Origin: a virus
Taxonomy: Duplodnaviria; Caudoviricetes
DNA: 64,000 bases
Virus record (IMG/VR): IMGVR_UViG_3300029288_000145
Location: 12,931-76,930 of that record
Reading direction: 5' to 3' (one strand)
Made by a program: the position numbers and the translations under genes. Positions within the stretch are counted from its first letter, which is position 1, and every line of letters starts with the position of its first letter. The notes under the pieces were generated by a model. It was not told the origin of the DNA. It was given only the letters and a program-made list of their open reading frames with translations, and did not search any database. This document shows positions 17,327 to 25,121 of this stretch, one piece after another.

Positions 17327-17709
17327 AACAGTTTGTTCCGATCACAACCATAAGCCGTGAAGCACGGTTTTTGGCGCATCCCTGGTGTTATATCCTGAAA
17401 GAAGGGTTTAATACTTATTTTGCCCTGGGAGTAAATTACCGAGAAACGGTTAAGGTTCCGTTTCTCAAAAAGCTAATTGATTCCGATATGATCATGCCGG
17501 GAGGTCATGACAAACATGGCCGGGAGATGTATGTTCGTGGTGTCACCAAGAAAAGCGAAGAGGAAATACGGGACAGTTCGCTGGCGTATGTTTTTCATCT
17601 GCTTTGCAAATATCCTACTATTGAAAAATGGGATTATCCGGGTGCATACTTGGCGGCAAAGAGTAGGCTGGCGGAGGTAGTAAACTCAATTAGACGTAAT
17701 GGTGGCTAA
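17323..17709 (+). CDS. Hypothetical protein
   Basis: 128-aa ORF; its TAA stop lies inside the GGCTAAC core of the following hairpin. Confidence 0.6.
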   Translation: MKQFVPITTISREARFLAHPWCYILKEGFNTYFALGVNYRETVKVPFLKKLIDSDMIMPGGHDKHGREMYVRGVTKKSEEEIRDSSLAYVFHLLCKYPTIEKWDYPGAYLAAKSRLAEVVNSIRRNGG

Positions 17710-17843
17710 CGGTACTTGTGTAAATTTCAGTGCCGTAAAATTAGTACAAACTTTAAATTGAAAATAAAATGAAAAATCAAGTAGAAAATTATCAACAAAG
17801 CACTGCACAGGCATTGAATTTACACAATGTTAGCAGTAGTGCC
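17704..17843. mobile_element. attC-like imperfect inverted repeat (cassette site 1)
   Basis: GGCTAAC-GGTAC-TTGTGTAAATTTCAGTGCC ... GGCATTGAATTTACACAA-T-GTTAGC; arms pair with one bulged base and one G-T. Confidence 0.65.
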
Positions 17844-18002
17844 AAAGGTGGACTTCGTAAAATTAAAGATGCAGAGCAACCTTGCCTACATCCTGAACAT
17901 AATCCACCGATGCACATTTATTTAACAGCAGGAACTTATGAATACACCTGCCCTTCTTGTGGCAAGGTTACGACATTCACAGTGCCATTGATTACGTTTT
18001 AG
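17769..18002 (+). CDS. Small putative Zn-binding protein (cassette gene 1)
   Basis: CLHPEHNPPMH...CPSCG; the start codon lies inside the hairpin loop. Confidence 0.65.
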   Translation: MKNQVENYQQSTAQALNLHNVSSSAKGGLRKIKDAEQPCLHPEHNPPMHIYLTAGTYEYTCPSCGKVTTFTVPLITF

Positions 18003-18018
18003 AGGCATTACTGCTAAC

Positions 18019-18093
18019 TAGTTGGTATAGTCACCTTCTAAATATAGTTGCGTGAATATCAGCAATGTAGTGTTATTTAGTCTAATTAAAATT
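18019..18093. other. Conserved tripartite site X1 (box A, 31-nt spacer with TGAnnnTCA, box B)
   Basis: TAGTTGGTATAGTCACCTTCTAAATA...TGAATATCA...TATTTAGTCTAATTAAAA; closely matches 32562-32636. Confidence 0.7.
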
Positions 18094-18436
18094 ACTTCTC
18101 AATAATGGTTATTTGATACAGGGCTTCAACGATCTTTTTTTTAATCCGAAACATAGCATAAGCGGAACCGGACTTCATTCCCTTAACATCCCAGACCTCC
18201 GTATGTCCATCGGCAAAAGTTATGAGGAAATCTGCCTTATAAAATCCACAGTTAATGTCATTTATTATTATGTCATACCTAGGCTGGCAAATGTATTCCG
18301 TAATAACCTTGCCTCGTTTAAGCAGTTCAAGTTGTGCCGCATAGTTAGCTTCCTTCTTAGAGTCATAAATACGTCCATTAAATTCCGTCCGTTTGGCGTG
18401 GAACTTATTTCTTTTTGTAAAAGGATGAGAAGTCAT
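18092..18436 (-). CDS. DUF1064-like PD-(D/E)XK nuclease (possible resolvase)
   Basis: NKFHAKRT...YDSKKEA.Y...YKADF...WDVKG. Confidence 0.8.
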   Translation of the reverse strand: MTSHPFTKRNKFHAKRTEFNGRIYDSKKEANYAAQLELLKRGKVITEYICQPRYDIIINDINCGFYKADFLITFADGHTEVWDVKGMKSGSAYAMFRIKKKIVEALYQITIIEK

Positions 18437-21400
18437 AACTATTATCGTTTGGTGCGGTCATTTGTTGCATGTATCTGTTATAAGCAGACTTGGCTCCCAG
18501 TAGTGCTGCCGATACTGCTGATACCAGGTCACAGTCCTTTAAATACTCAATACCCCTCATTCTCTTACACTCTTCTAAAAAGTCATCATGCTTTATCCGG
18601 GCGCTGTGATATTCGATATAATCACGCACAGAATTAAACCTGTCCTGGTTGGCGGCGGCACCTGCCCAGAAACCGGGTTTTTCAACAATCTTTCCAGTAA
18701 CATTATCAATGTCGTGTAATAAATATCCACCAAAGCCAAATTCAATAAAATCCCTCCAGAGTGTTTTGATATTGTTCTCCAAGTACATCATAGAGCCAAA
18801 GTACACACACATTTTTATCATGTCCCAGGAATATTCACTGCCGGCAGGTCGGTAACGATAGGTACATACGATATTATATGTCTCCCATTCTGATACCTCT
18901 TTGTTGTCCGGGTCAATATTCATATCTCTTAGACGAAGTACGGCACCACCACCATCGGACATTCTTTCACGAGATTCACGTAGCTGTGCCTCTGTCTTTG
19001 TTGAAAACTCAAAGGGGTCTCCACCGGCCACATACTTTCCGGGAAAGGCGGGATAGTAAATGCCATCTTTGAGAACTCTCTTACTCCTGATCTCTTCAGG
19101 TGGCATGTGTGAAAGCAAAAAGCGTCCATCGGGATTTTCTTTAAACACAACTTTGCCGGTTTGGTCTCCTCCCTCAAACTCGAAATTACCCCTTATCGGC
19201 TTATCCTTACCCGTCAGGCGATATAATTCTGCTAACTGGTCATTTATCTTGACTGTGTTAAATCCGATTGATGTGGAGGCTCCTTGGAAGCACTCGGCAT
19301 ATGTTGTTGGAAAGAGTTCAACAAACCTGTGATATTGCCTCATGGCTGTCGGCGTGCCTTTTGATAGCAATATCTGTCTCTGGGATGAAATAAAATCTTT
19401 GGCACCATAATTCTTTTTGATAAAGGCCGCCTGATCTGGAGTCGGATTGCTTATAACTGACAGTCCGTGCTTGTCTATAAACCCCTTCATACCGTCATAG
19501 GCAGGTATGAAAAGCGTTCTTAGTCCTGATGCTGTCTGCCCGGTAAGCTCGTTGATCTGCTCAAACCGGGACTGTTCACACAAACGCCTGAAGTTGGATA
19601 TTGTTACGGCATTAGCCTCCTCTACCGTTGTCGGGTGGATGCTGAAACCGACAATCTCATCTCCTATTGACTGACATTCTTTGACGACATTCCACCGGTC
19701 AAATATGTCCTCTTGACTTTCCCTGGTGTTATGAACAACGGTGTAATCTGACAATAAAAACCTTCTATTTCCATCAATAATAAAACCATAATAGTTGCCA
19801 ACACCCATTAATTCAACACGAAATCCAGTGTGTTTAGGGTTTCTGGAATTTTTGTTTTTATTTTCAATAATTGGCATTTTTTTTCGTGGAATGAGACAAT
19901 GTATTCTGTGCATATCAAATCCATAAATGCGTACTCGGTAAACGGGACAAGTATAAATTGGCTTGTTTGGCCTTTTTAGAGTGGCTATTTTTGCGTGAAT
20001 AGTACTACCAAACCCACAACTAAGTGCCAAATCTTTTACCTGTTCAGCTAATATTGGTAATTTTAGGGTTATTTCGTATACGCATTTATTTTTAGTGGTA
20101 CATCTGTGACCATCCGTGTCTATTATGCCAGCCAATAATTTAAGTCGATTGTCTATACTATCAACTAAATAATCTTTTATTATGTGTTTATTACGGATTA
20201 AATTATTACTACTTAAAAATCTTTGAATATAATTTATTTGGCGACCATGTGAAATAAATTTATATCCCTTATAGTATCCAACATACTTTGTATAATTTGA
20301 TATAAGATTCTCATTTAAACCAAGTTTGGTTGCAGCATCTTTTCTACTATGATACCGATTTATAAAATTATTATTTCTATCATAACAATCAAATATAGCG
20401 GTTCTTTTCTTCGATAACCGATAAGTTATTCCATCTTCTTTTATAACCACCTTATATCCACCCTCTTTTGCGTAGTTATAAATGTAATTTATTACTTCTT
20501 TATCCACATTAGTTATGGCTGGTTCAGCAGAAGCACCATCTCCTAGCCATAAACCATACAAATATGGGTCTATTATGTGTTGTTTTTCAGGATAATCTAC
20601 CCCAACACTATATAATACTAATCCACGCTTTTGATATTTTGACAATTTTAAATAATCTAATACGGTTAATTCTATTATTTGTCCTTTTTTATATTTATAA
20701 GAATAAAATTGAGATTCATCACTTATCTTACATACGAGAATATGATTACTATTACACACCCAAGGGTCGCCTTTATTTGGTATTATCTTATATAGATCGT
20801 CCTGTCCACATACGGTAGATAATACATTTCGTTCTATTGAATCATCTCCCATAAGCAAATCGCCAGGAAGAATGTCTTGAACCATTTTAACGTCTCCATT
20901 ATACATTCTTATAGGCGTATCCTTACCAAAACAGTTTCCTTCTTCATCACTCAGTATGTATTTTAGCTTTTTACCGTTATAATAAGACTTGTCAGAGGTC
21001 TGGGCGTAGTCGAATTTTGTTTTAAGTTCCTTCTTTTTATACAGGATAATCTTACCGTCCTTATTTCGTTCTGCCGGGGCGTTGCAGCTTATATTTTCCT
21101 TGGGATTGGTAGAACTATCCACCATTGGCTTAAAGTAAAACGGTATCTTCTGAAAGGCCGGAACAAGTTTATCGGAAAATTGTGTCTTGGCATTGGCAGA
21201 GGTGTAAGATTGTAGCCCTATAAGAGCTGCTATAGACCGGGTGCCGATCTCCAGACCTACAGATATTGACTTGTGCGTGGCACCATCCCTCCTGTGCTTG
21301 GGATAACAGAAGCCATAACATATCAACCTGCCGTAATCTTTAAGTTTTACGTCTCCATTATCATCTACAGCAACTTTTTTTGGCCGTCCCTTGTCGTCCC

Positions 21401-21926
21401 ATTCGGAATATACGGGTGCTTTTGTTGTTGTGGCACAATCCCTGGCAAAGAGGAACCACCGTCTGTCCCTATCCCTGTATTCGGCGGCACCTATATCCAG
21501 GTTGTAAACGGCTAAATACCAGTAATGCCAGCCATCCAGAAATGTTGGCTTGCCGTTATTAAAAAACCAGTATCCGTATAGCCTGTAATGCCATTGACGT
21601 TTTATCCATAATATCTCATCCTTATAATATTTCTGCCGGGCTTGCAGTTCGTTCCACACATCATCGGCAAAGGTATGTTTGTCAATAAGTTTGAGTATCT
21701 TTTTTGGTGTCGGTGGAATACGCCAGTATTGTTCATCACAGGGTTCGCCAAATCCATCTATAAGATGCCATACAGGAGGTTCCGGCAGGTTTATACGCTG
21801 GGCGGTTAAGTCCGGGTCATTGTCATTAATGTAAAAATGGGTGTCGGCATCCTTGTAGGTAATGAGAATATCCGGCTTTATAAGGGGTGAACTCTTATAA
21901 TATTCAAGTGCCTGTAGTCTCTTCAT
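18405..21926 (-). CDS. terL: Terminase large subunit containing an intein
   Basis: PKHRRDGAT Walker A-like motif, YILSDEEG Walker B, C-terminal nuclease motifs AGGDP and D.VSA; 402-aa intein inserted. Confidence 0.85.
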   Translation of the reverse strand: MKRLQALEYYKSSPLIKPDILITYKDADTHFYINDNDPDLTAQRINLPEPPVWHLIDGFGEPCDEQYWRIPPTPKKILKLIDKHTFADDVWNELQARQKYYKDEILWIKRQWHYRLYGYWFFNNGKPTFLDGWHYWYLAVYNLDIGAAEYRDRDRRWFLFARDCATTTKAPVYSEWDDKGRPKKVAVDDNGDVKLKDYGRLICYGFCYPKHRRDGATHKSISVGLEIGTRSIAALIGLQSYTSANAKTQFSDKLVPAFQKIPFYFKPMVDSSTNPKENISCNAPAERNKDGKIILYKKKELKTKFDYAQTSDKSYYNGKKLKYILSDEEGNCFGKDTPIRMYNGDVKMVQDILPGDLLMGDDSIERNVLSTVCGQDDLYKIIPNKGDPWVCNSNHILVCKISDESQFYSYKYKKGQIIELTVLDYLKLSKYQKRGLVLYSVGVDYPEKQHIIDPYLYGLWLGDGASAEPAITNVDKEVINYIYNYAKEGGYKVVIKEDGITYRLSKKRTAIFDCYDRNNNFINRYHSRKDAATKLGLNENLISNYTKYVGYYKGYKFISHGRQINYIQRFLSSNNLIRNKHIIKDYLVDSIDNRLKLLAGIIDTDGHRCTTKNKCVYEITLKLPILAEQVKDLALSCGFGSTIHAKIATLKRPNKPIYTCPVYRVRIYGFDMHRIHCLIPRKKMPIIENKNKNSRNPKHTGFRVELMGVGNYYGFIIDGNRRFLLSDYTVVHNTRESQEDIFDRWNVVKECQSIGDEIVGFSIHPTTVEEANAVTISNFRRLCEQSRFEQINELTGQTASGLRTLFIPAYDGMKGFIDKHGLSVISNPTPDQAAFIKKNYGAKDFISSQRQILLSKGTPTAMRQYHRFVELFPTTYAECFQGASTSIGFNTVKINDQLAELYRLTGKDKPIRGNFEFEGGDQTGKVVFKENPDGRFLLSHMPPEEIRSKRVLKDGIYYPAFPGKYVAGGDPFEFSTKTEAQLRESRERMSDGGGAVLRLRDMNIDPDNKEVSEWETYNIVCTYRYRPAGSEYSWDMIKMCVYFGSMMYLENNIKTLWRDFIEFGFGGYLLHDIDNVTGKIVEKPGFWAGAAANQDRFNSVRDYIEYHSARIKHDDFLEECKRMRGIEYLKDCDLVSAVSAALLGAKSAYNRYMQQMTAPNDNSYDFSSFYKKK
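19728..20933 (-). mobile_element. Intein (Hom_end/PI-SceI-like HINT) with LAGLIDADG homing endonuclease
   Basis: N-junction N|CFGKDT, block B CNSNHIL, LYGLWLGDG, LLAGIIDTDG, C-junction VVHN|T; 1206 nt and noticeably more AT-rich than the flanks. Confidence 0.93.
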
Positions 21927-22605
21927 ATGGGTTGTAGTCTGGGAAAGGTGGTTTATTTGCCGCCAGCTTTATTGCAATATCCTCCGGGGTAAGATTGAGC
22001 AGTTCGTTCTCAATATTCTCCATGAGTTCGATATACATAGCCTCGGCATTGTCGCCACTTAATAGATATAGTGATGATTCCTCTATACCTTTGCGGTAGG
22101 CATCTATATTACCACGTATGGTCGCCCTGTCTTTTGGTTCGGCAGTCATCTTTAATAATGACAGCTCGTCAAATAGCTGTTCCATGTATGTCATGACTAT
22201 AGCATGGGTGGGAGATTTTTGTACGAAGCAGTACCGGAGTGCCATCTGGTTTACCGCTTTATTTTTATAGAGAATAACATCCTCATAGTGCCGGGTGAAC
22301 TTATTATCCTTGGCTTTAGGGTCTTTGCCGAACTCGGCCAGTTTTGCCGCCTGTACCCGGCGTTCCATTATCTTGCTAAATTCTATTAAAGGGGAGTTAA
22401 TATCGTAAACATATGCGACAAATTGTAAGACCCTAGTTCTGTTTAATATCATGGATGACAGTGGTGTTGCCTCCTCAATAAGTTTCAATCTAAACTCAGG
22501 GTATATTCCTAACTGGGGTATTTTTTCAAATGGGTCATCGCCCGGCTTCAGGCGATGTAGTGGAAAATATAACTTATCGAAATCTTTTAATTTATCCGGT
22601 TCCAT
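21904..22605 (-). CDS. Conserved protein upstream of TerL (terminase small subunit candidate)
   Basis: Position and coupling to TerL; 233 aa, helical character. Confidence 0.45.
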   Translation of the reverse strand: MEPDKLKDFDKLYFPLHRLKPGDDPFEKIPQLGIYPEFRLKLIEEATPLSSMILNRTRVLQFVAYVYDINSPLIEFSKIMERRVQAAKLAEFGKDPKAKDNKFTRHYEDVILYKNKAVNQMALRYCFVQKSPTHAIVMTYMEQLFDELSLLKMTAEPKDRATIRGNIDAYRKGIEESSLYLLSGDNAEAMYIELMENIENELLNLTPEDIAIKLAANKPPFPDYNPYEETTGT

Positions 22606-22612
22606 ACATTTG

Positions 22613-22684
22613 TAGCGAGGGGTGGAATCGAACCACCGACTATGGGATTATGAGTCCCACCTTCTACCACTGAAATACCTCGCA
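22613..22684 (-). tRNA. tRNA with CAT anticodon (Met; initiator-like acceptor stem), CCA not encoded
   Basis: TGCGAGG TA TTTC AGTGGTA GAAG G TGGGA CTCATAA TCCCA TAGTC GGTGG TTCGATT CCACC CCTCGCT A; all four stems pair. Confidence 0.92.
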
Positions 22685-22690
22685 AGGTTA

Positions 22691-22713
22691 GGGAGGGGAA
22701 TTTCACCCCTCCC
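22691..22713 (-). terminator. GC-rich hairpin between the virion gene and the tRNA (terminator or processing signal)
   Basis: GGGAGGGG-N7-CCCCTCCC; no U-tract follows. Confidence 0.5.
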
Positions 22714-22734
22714 AGGAAGATATAAAAAGCAGGA

Positions 22735-23916
22735 TTAAAGTGCGGACATACCCCTGTAGAAAGCAGTATGTATGGCTTCACCTTGTTCGAGAACGGCTGT
22801 GGCAGCATCAAGAGTATCCTGATTCTGACAATATTCGTAATCGGCCTGGTCGTTGTAGTTGATGATCTCTTTCCATGCTGTGATGGTATCGGCATCTGTC
22901 AGGTCACGGTACATGGCACGAATGGCGAGTCTTGCCCACATGTCATAATATACCTCATTCAGATCGTCAATTATACGGTAAACAGAGTCATTGCTGAAAC
23001 CACCTGTAGGAATGACAGTTTGTAGGGTGACGGTGTTTGTTCCACCAACATAGTCAGTAATCAGTGAGTAGTACTTCTTAGCAGTTCCGGCACCGGTGTA
23101 GAGATACTTGTTATTGTAGGTGTCATTCGTTGCATGAAGCGCGTAGAATCTGTCTCCTGTCGTTGCAGCAGCAGCAATAACGGCGGTGTATGCACCGGCT
23201 GAACCACTTTGTGCTGTTCCTGAGTTTAAAAAGCGCAGGTAGCCACTGAACAGGTTGGTTAAGTACGGTTGGGAGCAACTGGGGTGAATTTTATTCCACG
23301 CCCTGTCATGGGTGAGGTTGCCAGAGGCATCAGCAGCAAAGTACAGGCACATATAAGCGGATGCGTTATAAATTGCATACGTGGATGTGCCATCAGGTGT
23401 TGCCGTCCATGCTTTTGCAGTAACAGCCACCTTTGTTGCGGTGTCATTTGACCTGATATACCTCTTGTCTCCTGAATCAGTACCGCCAGTAATTACAATG
23501 TAATAACTTGCATAAGCATTTGTTCCAGCGGCATCGGCAGCGGCAAGGGTGATCTGTAAACCACCACCGGCCTGTGCTGTACCTGTTGCAACAGATGTCC
23601 CGGCAGAAGTTGATTTCAGTGCCGTGTAAAGGGTTGATAAATTCGGTTCAGAAACTTTGCTTGTACCACCGGCACTGGCCGCCTGGGTATCGCATAGAAT
23701 AAATACGTAATCGTAAGACGTTGGATTTGGTGATGCTATAGCAGCAGCGACCAAGGCATTAACGGCAGTTTCATCGGAGCCGTAAACGTCCACGAGAACG
23801 GTGGAGGCAGTTGATTTGCACTCCTGAATAAAAGCAGCACCGGCAACTTCGTACTCCCGGTTGCTGTTGTAGAAACACAGAACATTCTTTGCTTCTAGTA
23901 AGTTTGATGCACTCAT
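22735..23916 (-). CDS. Virion structural protein (Ala/Gly/Thr-rich, duplicated beta domain)
   Basis: Two similar GTAQ(A/S)G...Y...G...I...T.V...Y.I segments; has its own class B promoter. Confidence 0.55.
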   Translation of the reverse strand: MSASNLLEAKNVLCFYNSNREYEVAGAAFIQECKSTASTVLVDVYGSDETAVNALVAAAIASPNPTSYDYVFILCDTQAASAGGTSKVSEPNLSTLYTALKSTSAGTSVATGTAQAGGGLQITLAAADAAGTNAYASYYIVITGGTDSGDKRYIRSNDTATKVAVTAKAWTATPDGTSTYAIYNASAYMCLYFAADASGNLTHDRAWNKIHPSCSQPYLTNLFSGYLRFLNSGTAQSGSAGAYTAVIAAAATTGDRFYALHATNDTYNNKYLYTGAGTAKKYYSLITDYVGGTNTVTLQTVIPTGGFSNDSVYRIIDDLNEVYYDMWARLAIRAMYRDLTDADTITAWKEIINYNDQADYEYCQNQDTLDAATAVLEQGEAIHTAFYRGMSAL

Positions 23917-23966
23917 TTTGTTTTACTGTTTAACAGTTAATGTAAATTAGATGTGTGAATAAAGTA

Positions 23967-24051
23967 CAAAATTAACTAATTAAATAATAAAATCAAAACT
24001 GAGAAATTTTAAAATAAATTTGGAATTACTGTATATAGTTTCGTATCTTTG
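23967..24051. promoter_or_regulatory. Back-to-back promoters: class B (minus) and class A (plus)
   Basis: Minus: CTCAGTTTTG, N19, TAATTTTG. Plus: AAAATAAATTTGG, TTTG-N21-TATCTTTG. Confidence 0.75.
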
Positions 24052-24070
24052 TTCTGTAAAATAAAGACCT

Positions 24071-24490
24071 ATGGTATTTAAATGGAAGCGGCCTAAAGAG
24101 AACTACAACCCACACGTTGATTTCCGTGCGTGGGACAGGCAGGAGAACAGGTTTCATTATGAAATACAGCTATCGGAGATGAAACACGACTTTTTTTTCA
24201 TACACTATCTCTCAGGACGTTTTGAGATACATCCATTTATCGGGTCAAGAGATAAAAATGATGTGAAAATATACTGGAAAGACCTGGTGGCCGGCTGGCA
24301 GAATGGCGAGAAGTGGATATGCCGGGTAGAACTTATCCAGGACGACATGGGAGCCTTCTGTTTCCATCCAGATTACCTTATTCCACCAAAGTACGAGGTC
24401 AAGTGGAGTGACGGATATGTTTTCGGCAATGAATATCTGCCATTTTCCGAACCCGTTGACGAGGATAGCGTTCAATTTAAAAAACATTAA
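24071..24490 (+). CDS. YopX-like protein
   Basis: DFRAWD...IGSRDKNDVKIYWKDLV. Confidence 0.7.
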   Translation: MVFKWKRPKENYNPHVDFRAWDRQENRFHYEIQLSEMKHDFFFIHYLSGRFEIHPFIGSRDKNDVKIYWKDLVAGWQNGEKWICRVELIQDDMGAFCFHPDYLIPPKYEVKWSDGYVFGNEYLPFSEPVDEDSVQFKKH

Positions 24491-24522
24491 CTTGGAATTT
24501 GTGGTCAAATAACTTATATTTG
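24491..24522 (+). promoter_or_regulatory. Sigma-A type promoter
   Basis: CTTG, N20, TATATTTG. Confidence 0.55.
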
Positions 24523-24531
24523 TAAGAAAAA

Positions 24532-24804
24532 ATGTTAAGCCAAGAGTTCATAAATGATTGTTTTGTACGGGATGGCGAACCGTATCCGTGTCGTGGTGAT
24601 ATATATGTTGAATACGAAGTAAAACATTCCGTTCCAAGTATAGTATCATATGACATTACTTATATAAATGAAGAGTCGGATACACTTGAATTTCCAAGGG
24701 TGAATGATATTATCCTGCAACTGGGCAAATCTCGCAGAATAGTGTCGGCCACATACGACATTGATACAAAAACCCTCATATTGAACTTTAATGAGAAAAT
24801 ATAA
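24532..24804 (+). CDS. Hypothetical protein
   Basis: 90-aa ORF. Confidence 0.55.
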   Translation: MLSQEFINDCFVRDGEPYPCRGDIYVEYEVKHSVPSIVSYDITYINEESDTLEFPRVNDIILQLGKSRRIVSATYDIDTKTLILNFNEKI

Positions 24805-25120
24805 GGAGTTGTTTAAGAAGATTGAGGCCGAACCTCATCGTGCATTTACGTATATAATGTCAATATTTGACGGTATATACAATGATATGATGGAAGCCTG
24901 TGGCCGGGAGGAGAATCCAAATGCAGTCATGGAAATCGTAAATATGCACAATAAGAAATACAAAAGAATCTCAGTGGCAATAAACAAACATATTGAACAA
25001 CGCTATGGTATAAAGAATTTACTCCGTAGTGAGGCGTTCCTGGACACTATAAAGTCCAATATTTTAATGGACAAACAAGCGTTCCATGTGTATAACTGCT
25101 ACTGGGGATTATCGAACTAA
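24791..25120 (+). CDS. Hypothetical protein
   Basis: 109-aa ORF. Confidence 0.55.
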   Translation: MRKYKELFKKIEAEPHRAFTYIMSIFDGIYNDMMEACGREENPNAVMEIVNMHNKKYKRISVAINKHIEQRYGIKNLLRSEAFLDTIKSNILMDKQAFHVYNCYWGLSN

Positions 25121-25121
25121 T

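Noticed and set aside
18113-21562. Numerous plus-strand ORFs opposite terL and other long genes
   Set aside because: Antisense to well-supported genes, with no motifs or promoters; treated as spurious.
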